A stretch of 64,000 nt of DNA from a bacterium (GTDB taxonomy: Bacteria > Patescibacteriota > Microgenomatia > UBA8517). The stretch lies in assembly GCA_021824915.1 (NCBI GenBank), contig JAKAJP010000003.1, forward strand, positions 136 through 64,135, given 5' to 3'. Numbering within the stretch: the first letter of the stretch is position 1; each line of letters starts with the position of its first letter. Made by a program: the position numbers and the translations under genes. The notes below the pieces were generated by a model that saw only the letters and a program-made list of their open reading frames with translations, had not been told where the DNA came from and made no database searches. Below, piece after piece: positions 58,323-64,000 of the stretch.

Positions 58323-58379
58323 ATCTTTGTTCTGAGCGAGGCGAAGAATCTCACCCGAGAAACCCACCCGCCATTAAAC

Positions 58380-58404
58380 AAAAAAGGCGCCTCCAATAGG
58401 CGCC
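58380..58404 (-). terminator. Intrinsic terminator in the rplC leader
   Basis: Minus strand ggcgcct-attgg-aggcgcc-tttttt. Confidence 0.85.
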
Positions 58405-58423
58405 CATGAGGCTACTACGAAGG

Positions 58424-58459
58424 CTACTTATCGTGGTTAACTAATTTGAAAACCACCAT
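58424..58459 (-). CDS. Putative leader peptide MVVFKLVNHDK
   Basis: 11-codon uORF between the promoter and the terminator. Confidence 0.35.
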   Translation of the reverse strand: MVVFKLVNHDK

Positions 58460-58473
58460 ATTTTGTAAATGGA

Positions 58474-58502
58474 ATTATACCAGGGTTTCAAGCTTGTCGC
58501 AA
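58474..58502 (-). promoter_or_regulatory. Internal promoter upstream of rplC
   Basis: TTGCGA, 17 nt, TGG-TATAAT (extended -10). Confidence 0.75.
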
Positions 58503-58509
58503 GATCAAA

Positions 58510-58821
58510 CTACATTTTAATCTCGATGGAGACGCCGGCGGGGAGATCAAGATTGCCGAGTGAATCGACGGTTCGGGGAGAAGGATCAATTATGTCAATC
58601 AAACGTTTGTGAACCAAGACCTCAAAGTGCTCCTGAGCATTTTTGATTCCACGGGAAGTTGAAGGAACAATCGACATTATGGTTCTTGCTGTAGGGAGAG
58701 GGATGGGACCAATTATTTTTGCACCAGTGGCTAAAGCGGTATCAATTATCTTTGCTGCCGCTTCATCAATAACCCTATGATCGTAGCTTTTCAGCTTGAC
58801 TCTTAGCCTTCCAGTTGCCAT
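58510..58821 (-). CDS. rpsJ: 30S ribosomal protein S10
   Basis: KLKSYDH, GPIPLPT, HKRLIDI, LPAGV. Confidence 0.97.
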   Translation of the reverse strand: MATGRLRVKLKSYDHRVIDEAAAKIIDTALATGAKIIGPIPLPTARTIMSIVPSTSRGIKNAQEHFEVLVHKRLIDIIDPSPRTVDSLGNLDLPAGVSIEIKM

Positions 58822-58836
58822 CCCTTTAAAAGTGCG

Positions 58837-60036
58837 TTAGACAGTAATCTTGGTGATAACTCCTGCACCAACGGTGTGTCCACCTTCACGAATTGCAAAT
58901 CTAAATCCTTCTTCCATAGCAACCGGTGCAATAAGTTTAACTTTCATCTTTGCAGAGTCTCCCGGCATAACCATTTCAATTCCCTCTGGGAGAGTAACTT
59001 CACCGGTAATGTCTGCAGTTTTAATGTAAAACTGAGGCTTATATCCTGTAAAGAACGGTGTATGACGACCGCCCTCTTCTTTGCTGAGGATGTAAACTTC
59101 TGCTTCAAACTCCGTGTGAGGCTTAAGTGTTCCCGGCTTGGCCAAAAGCTGACCGCGCTCAACCTGATCTTTTTCGACTCCCCTTAAAAGTACCCCGACA
59201 TTGTCCCCAGCCATAGCTTCATCAAGTGTTTTCCTAAACATCTCAAGTCCGGTAACGACTGTCTTTTGAGCATCCTTGAGTCCTACTATCTCAACCTCTT
59301 CGTTTATCTTTACCTTTCCGCGCTCAACCCGGCCGGTAACAACAGTTCCGCGACCTTGAATTGTAAAGACGTCCTCAATCGGCATGAAGAATGGCTTGTC
59401 CGTATCACGAACAGGATCTGGAATATAGCTGTCTACCGCATCCATCAAGGCCATTATTTGCTTTTCGGCTTCAGCATCTCCCTCGAGAGCTTTAAGCGCA
59501 CTTCCACGAATCACAGGTACTTCATCTCCTGGGTATTGATACTTCTTGAGAAGCTCGCGAACATCAGCTTCGACTAAATCAATGATTTCCGGATCATCAA
59601 CGGTGTCACACTTATTAAGGAAAACTACGATTGCAGGAACATTAACCTGACGGGCTAAAATTACGTGTTCTCTGGTTTGAGGCATAGGGCCATCTGCTGC
59701 GGAGATAACCAAAATTGCTCCATCCATCTGAGCGGCTCCTGTGATCATGTTCTTGATATAGTCGGCATGGCCCGGAGCATCGATGTGGGCGTAATGCCTT
59801 TTAGCTGTTTCGTATTCAATGTGGGAGATATTGATTGTAACTCCTCTTTCCTTCTCTTCTGGAGCATTGTCGATTTCGTCAAATCTGTAGGCTTTAGTAT
59901 TATTTCCCGGCTGCTTACTAAGAACCGTGGTAATAGCAGCGGTTAAGGTTGTCTTCCCGTGGTCAACGTGACCAATAGTTCCAACATTTACGTGTGGCTT
60001 ACTTCTATCAAATTTTTGTTTTGCGTCTCCTGCCAT
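58837..60036 (-). CDS. tuf: Elongation factor Tu
   Basis: [22 protein letters not shown]. Confidence 0.98.
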   Translation of the reverse strand: MAGDAKQKFDRSKPHVNVGTIGHVDHGKTTLTAAITTVLSKQPGNNTKAYRFDEIDNAPEEKERGVTINISHIEYETAKRHYAHIDAPGHADYIKNMITGAAQMDGAILVISAADGPMPQTREHVILARQVNVPAIVVFLNKCDTVDDPEIIDLVEADVRELLKKYQYPGDEVPVIRGSALKALEGDAEAEKQIMALMDAVDSYIPDPVRDTDKPFFMPIEDVFTIQGRGTVVTGRVERGKVKINEEVEIVGLKDAQKTVVTGLEMFRKTLDEAMAGDNVGVLLRGVEKDQVERGQLLAKPGTLKPHTEFEAEVYILSKEEGGRHTPFFTGYKPQFYIKTADITGEVTLPEGIEMVMPGDSAKMKVKLIAPVAMEEGFRFAIREGGHTVGAGVITKITV

Positions 60037-60046
60037 GTGAGTCTTG

Positions 60047-60130
60047 ATTATACTGCCCGCCTTAAAAAATAACAAGGGTATTTAGCCCTCATCAGATTGA
60101 ATTATATCCGAGGCTAAATTAGCCTGTCAA
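60047..60130 (-). promoter_or_regulatory. Tandem promoters for tuf
   Basis: TTGACA-18-TATAAT (60130-60101) and TTGTTA-17-TATAAT (60075-60047); palindrome aggctaa-a-ttagcct in the first spacer. Confidence 0.75.
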
Positions 60131-60138
60131 GAACATTT

Positions 60139-62307
60139 TTAACCCCTTGCCATCGTGACCTTGCCAACCTTGGCGACGACAGCGTCAGTAATGTTCCTTG
60201 GGCACTCTTCATAATGGCTGGGCTCCATGTAATAACTTGCACGCCCTTGGGTAAGCGATCTTAATTTAGTTGCGTACCCCGATAGTTCTGCTAAAGGTGC
60301 CAAGGCATTAATTACCGTCATCGTTCCCCTCTTCTCGCTACCTGAAATTTGTGCACGCTTACTGGAAAGATCCCCGATAACATCTCCCATAAACTCATCG
60401 GGGGTACTAACCTCAACCTTCATTATTGGCTCAAGGAGAATTGGGTCAGCTTTTCTAAACGCATCCTCCAAAGCCATCGAACCGGCAATCTTGAAAGCAA
60501 TTTCCGAAGAATCTACCTCGTGATAGCTCCCATCATAAACCGCCACTCTCATGTCCACCATCGGGAAGCCTGCCAAAACGCCATTTTCCATTTTCTCCTT
60601 GACGCCTTTTTCAATCGGAGAAATAAATTCTCCCGGGATTGCCCCTCCTTTAATTTCATTCTTGAACTCAAAGCCTTCACCACGCCCTAAAGGTTCGACG
60701 CGCAAGAGACAATGCCCATATTGTCCTCGGCCTCCCGTTTGACGAATATACTTTCCTTCTCCCTGCCCAACCTTTTTAACGGTCTCTTTGTAAGCTACCT
60801 GGGGAGCCCCTGTTTGGGCAATAACATTAAACTCCCTCTTCATACGGTCAACCAAAACCTCAAGCTGAAGCTCGCCCATTCCGGAAATAATAGTCTGTCC
60901 CGTTTCGGGATTACTTTTAATTCTGAAGGTGGGATCTTCATCAGAGAGTTTTCCAAGAGCCAAGCCCATCTTCTCTTGATCACTCTTCGTCGCAGGCTCA
61001 ATGGCAAGCGAAATAACCGGTTCCGGAAAACTTATTGATTCAAGAACAATCGGATGCCCTGCATCACAAATTGTATCTCCGGTGGTCGTATCCTTGACTC
61101 CAACCACGGCTACAATTTCACCCGCATAAGCCTCTTCAATAAGTTCCCTTTGGTCAGCGTGCAAAAGCACAATCTTTCCAATTCTTTCTGTAATCTGTTT
61201 GGTGGAGTTATAAACTTGTTGCCCTGCCATAAGTTTTCCGGAATAAATTCTGACATAAACAAGGCGCCCCACGTGCGGATCGGTCATAACCTTAAACGCA
61301 AGTCCGCTAAAAGGTGCCTCATTCTTTCTCTCGCGGGAAGACGCCTCACCAGTTTTGGGATCAACTCCAGCAACAGCGGGTAAATCAATCGGGCTCGGCA
61401 AGTATTCAACCACGCCATCCAAAAGAAGTTGGGCCTCGGCTGTGCGGTTATCACCTCCAAAAATCGGGAAGAATTTTCCGGTGATAACACCCTTTCTAAT
61501 AGCCAGCTTGAGGGTCTGTTCATCAAGTTCCTGGTTTTCCAAAACCTTTGATAAAGCCTCGTCGTCAAACTCGGCAACCCTTTCAATCAACTCATTCCGA
61601 AGTTTCTTTGCCGTTTCAACCAATTCCGCGGGTATCTCACTTTCGATTAGATTGTGATCCTCAACGGCCTTATAGGTAAAAGCCTTCATTTTGATGAGGT
61701 CAACAACACCTCTATGTTCGTGCTCCTGACCAATCGGAATAATAACCGGGGCGGCGTTAGCCCCAAGGCGTTCCCGAATCGACTTAATTGATCCCTCAAA
61801 ATCCGCACCGATCAAATTCAATTTATTAAGTACACAAATTCTTGGAACGTTATATTTATCAGCCTGTCTCCAAACGGTTTCAGATTGACTCTCAACTCCA
61901 GTGCGGCCATCAAAAACCATAACAGCACCATCCAAAACTCTCAAGCTTCTTTCAACCTCCGCAGTGAAATCAATGTGGCCCGGAGTATCAATTAAATTAA
62001 TCCGGTAATGACCGGCATCAACACTGGTTGCATTTTTAAGATCCCAAAAAGCAGTTATCGCAGCCGAAACGATTGTAATTCCACGCTCACGCTCTTGGGC
62101 CATCCAATCCGTAACGGTAGTTCCTTCATCAACACTTCCGAGCTTATAAGTGCGCCCGGTCTCAAAAAGAAGTCTCTCTGTGGTTGTGGTTTTCCCGGCA
62201 TCTATATGGGCAATAATGCCGATATTTCGGATCTTTTCATAGGAAACATTGCGATCTTTTGTCGCTGTAACCACTATAGCTGCCTTTTTCTTTGCTACCT
62301 CTGCCAT
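60139..62307 (-). CDS. fusA: Elongation factor G (atypical G4/G5 motifs)
   Basis: AHIDAGKTT, RGITI, DTPGH, GMGELQL, GGRGQYGH, VDSSEIAF. Confidence 0.97.
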   Translation of the reverse strand: MAEVAKKKAAIVVTATKDRNVSYEKIRNIGIIAHIDAGKTTTTERLLFETGRTYKLGSVDEGTTVTDWMAQERERGITIVSAAITAFWDLKNATSVDAGHYRINLIDTPGHIDFTAEVERSLRVLDGAVMVFDGRTGVESQSETVWRQADKYNVPRICVLNKLNLIGADFEGSIKSIRERLGANAAPVIIPIGQEHEHRGVVDLIKMKAFTYKAVEDHNLIESEIPAELVETAKKLRNELIERVAEFDDEALSKVLENQELDEQTLKLAIRKGVITGKFFPIFGGDNRTAEAQLLLDGVVEYLPSPIDLPAVAGVDPKTGEASSRERKNEAPFSGLAFKVMTDPHVGRLVYVRIYSGKLMAGQQVYNSTKQITERIGKIVLLHADQRELIEEAYAGEIVAVVGVKDTTTGDTICDAGHPIVLESISFPEPVISLAIEPATKSDQEKMGLALGKLSDEDPTFRIKSNPETGQTIISGMGELQLEVLVDRMKREFNVIAQTGAPQVAYKETVKKVGQGEGKYIRQTGGRGQYGHCLLRVEPLGRGEGFEFKNEIKGGAIPGEFISPIEKGVKEKMENGVLAGFPMVDMRVAVYDGSYHEVDSSEIAFKIAGSMALEDAFRKADPILLEPIMKVEVSTPDEFMGDVIGDLSSKRAQISGSEKRGTMTVINALAPLAELSGYATKLRSLTQGRASYYMEPSHYEECPRNITDAVVAKVGKVTMARG

Positions 62308-62359
62308 AAGTTTATTTTATAGAAAAACTCCAACGGGAGCGTAGAGTGATTTTAACATA

Positions 62360-62644
62360 CTACGTTGTCAAATCTAATATCCTCTTAGCCCGCTCTAAAG
62401 TTAGACCTTTACGTTTATCCACAATTTCGACAATCAAATCGTTTACCTCAGCAAGTTTAATTCCTAAAATTTCCTGACCATCTACACTGATCGCGTCAAA
62501 ATATCTTTCTCTCAAGTCGGCTGTAATTGAATCTATAGCCTTTCTTGCCTCACCCCTAGCTTTCAGATCGTCTCTGGGCACACTCCGGGCATAATCTAAC
62601 TTTCCAAAGATTTCAACAAGACCAGGAGTAATTTCAATTCCCAT
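62360..62644 (-). CDS. Orphan 94-aa protein inserted between rpsG and fusA
   Basis: TAATG overlap with the rpsG stop; fills the gap; helical amphipathic sequence. Confidence 0.75.
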   Translation of the reverse strand: MGIEITPGLVEIFGKLDYARSVPRDDLKARGEARKAIDSITADLRERYFDAISVDGQEILGIKLAEVNDLIVEIVDKRKGLTLERAKRILDLTT

Positions 62645-63123
62645 TACCACCTAAAGTGGGCGAAGGCTTTATTGGCCTCAGCAACACGCTCAACTTCCTG
62701 CCTTTTCTTAACTGCACCACCTTCGCCACGAGAGGCGTCGAAAATTTCGCTGGCAAGTTTCTCAGCGTAGGTATGAAACTCACTGTTCGATTTTGCGTTT
62801 GCCGAAGCCACAAGCCACCGGATGGCCAGGGATTCACGACGTGGCCCACGAACAACCTGAGGCACTTGATATGCAGCTCCACCTACACGTCTTGGCCTAA
62901 CTTCCATTGTCGGCTTAATATTTTCGATAGCTTTGTCAAAAACCTTAGCCGGATCCTCACCTGCTTTTTCGCGGATCAACTCAAGTGCCCTATATATCTC
63001 TTTCTGGGCAACACTTCTCTTACCATCACGCATGCTCCTATTAATGAGTTTTGTTATCAAAACACTTCCATAAATAGGATCAAACTCAGTCTTTCTTGAT
63101 TTTACCTGCCCACGTCTGGCCAT
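62644..63123 (-). CDS. rpsG: 30S ribosomal protein S7
   Basis: DPIY, EVRPRRVGGAAYQVP, AEANKAFAHFRW. Confidence 0.98.
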   Translation of the reverse strand: MARRGQVKSRKTEFDPIYGSVLITKLINRSMRDGKRSVAQKEIYRALELIREKAGEDPAKVFDKAIENIKPTMEVRPRRVGGAAYQVPQVVRGPRRESLAIRWLVASANAKSNSEFHTYAEKLASEIFDASRGEGGAVKKRQEVERVAEANKAFAHFRW

Positions 63124-63127
63124 AGCA

Positions 63128-63574
63128 TTAAGCAGTAGCTGCCGGTTTTGCGGCTACCTTTCCTCCTCCCTGATTCTTTGCCCCATATTTACTTCTTCCT
63201 TTTTGACGTCCCACTACACCAGTTGTGTCAAACTTTCCCCGTACTACTTTGTAACGGACACCTGGGAGATCTTTAACACGACCCCCACGAACCAGAACTA
63301 TTGAGTGTTCTGCAAGCTCGTGTCCCTCTCCGGGAATATAAGCTGTTACTTCCTGTTTGTTGGAAAGCCTGACCCTAGCCACTTTTCGAAGGGCTGAGTT
63401 AGGCTTTCTTGGGGTCATTGTGCGGACAGACAGAACAACTCCTCGTTTGAAAGGGGATGGGCTCTCTCTAAAAACCCTGTCCTTGGCATTAAACCAGCGT
63501 TTCAGAGCGGCTGTTTTAGCTTTCTTTCTGATTCTACCGCGTCCTTGTCTTGTTAGTTGATTGATTGTAGGCAT
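63128..63574 (-). CDS. rpsL: 30S ribosomal protein S12
   Basis: [33 protein letters not shown]. Confidence 0.98.
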   Translation of the reverse strand: MPTINQLTRQGRGRIRKKAKTAALKRWFNAKDRVFRESPSPFKRGVVLSVRTMTPRKPNSALRKVARVRLSNKQEVTAYIPGEGHELAEHSIVLVRGGRVKDLPGVRYKVVRGKFDTTGVVGRQKGRSKYGAKNQGGGKVAAKPAATA

Positions 63575-63576
63575 AT

Positions 63577-64000
63577 CTATCTATTCGGAGCAACGCTTTC
63601 GGGCATTGCGGCACGGTCTTCGGTGACAGGAATTAACCTCCCGATGATAACATTTTCTTTGAGGCCCAGGAGCCTATCCTCGCGTCCAAGAAGCGACGCT
63701 TCTGTCAAAATATCTGTAGTCTGTTCAAATGACGCGGCGGAAAGCCAACTCTCGGTGTAGAGCGATCTTCTGGTAATTCCCAAAACAACCTGTTGTGCAC
63801 TTGCGGGTTCTCCTCCGGCCGCCAAAACTTTCTCATTTTCCTCTTCAAACGAAGCCCGACTTGCCACATCCCCTGGAAGGAAAGGTGTATCTCCCGGAGT
63901 AACAATTCTTACTTCATCACTCATCTTTCTGACTATTACTTCGAAGTGTTTATCATTAATCGGAATGCCTTGAGATTCATAAACTCTTTGAACCTCACTA
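63577..64000 (-). CDS. rpoC: RNA polymerase beta' subunit, C-terminal part (runs off the window)
   Basis: [32 protein letters not shown]. Confidence 0.96.
   Translation of the reverse strand, partial: SEVQRVYESQGIPINDKHFEVIVRKMSDEVRIVTPGDTPFLPGDVASRASFEEENEKVLAAGGEPASAQQVVLGITRRSLYTESWLSAASFEQTTDILTEASLLGREDRLLGLKENVIIGRLIPVTEDRAAMPESVAPNR

Noticed and set aside
1-64000. Alternative genetic code (UGA=Gly, as in Gracilibacteria/Absconditabacteria)
   Set aside because: TGA ends conserved genes at the expected places (pspC, hup, map, rplQ with an ATGA overlap).
1-64000. CRISPR array, rRNA, self-splicing introns or IS transposase
   Set aside because: No regularly spaced repeats, rRNA motifs, interrupted genes or transposase ORFs seen; both tRNAs are uninterrupted.
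43400-64000. Many plus-strand ORFs of 60-200 aa opposite ribosomal genes
   Set aside because: They are antisense shadows of conserved minus-strand genes with no recognisable motifs.

Overview
Gene-dense chromosomal segment of a Patescibacteria/CPR bacterium, most like Microgenomates. This taxonomy is inferred from the missing rpmD, short ribosomal proteins, an archaeal-type aspartyl-tRNA synthetase, a reduced RNase P RNA and CPR-style hypothetical proteins; translation uses code 11. From left to right: a partial large serine recombinase with small cargo genes next to tRNA-Gln(CUG); a cell-envelope/transport block; gltX, dacA, aspS, recJ, cca, secDF, nth, dtd, comM, pyrH, rnpB, miaA, HU, rny, recX, recA, tRNA-Pro(GGG); then the S9/L13, alpha, spc, S10 and str ribosomal clusters and the end of rpoC on the minus strand. 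No CRISPR array, rRNA or clear transposase was seen. The most interesting signals are: (1) at least 13 genes with a -10 hexamer exactly 6 nt before the start codon and no SD, suggesting pervasive leaderless mRNAs; (2) an EF-G whose G4 motif is NKLN (D to N) with a rewritten G5; (3) a complete leader-peptide attenuator controlling an orphan 70-aa repeat protein; (4) a promoter/uORF/terminator leader between rpsJ and rplC; (5) an orphan gene coupled inside the str operon; (6) duplicated 3' ends downstream of both rnpB and tRNA-Gln; (7) truncated uL15, uL2, RNase Y and Nth. All calls are by eye, without database searches.
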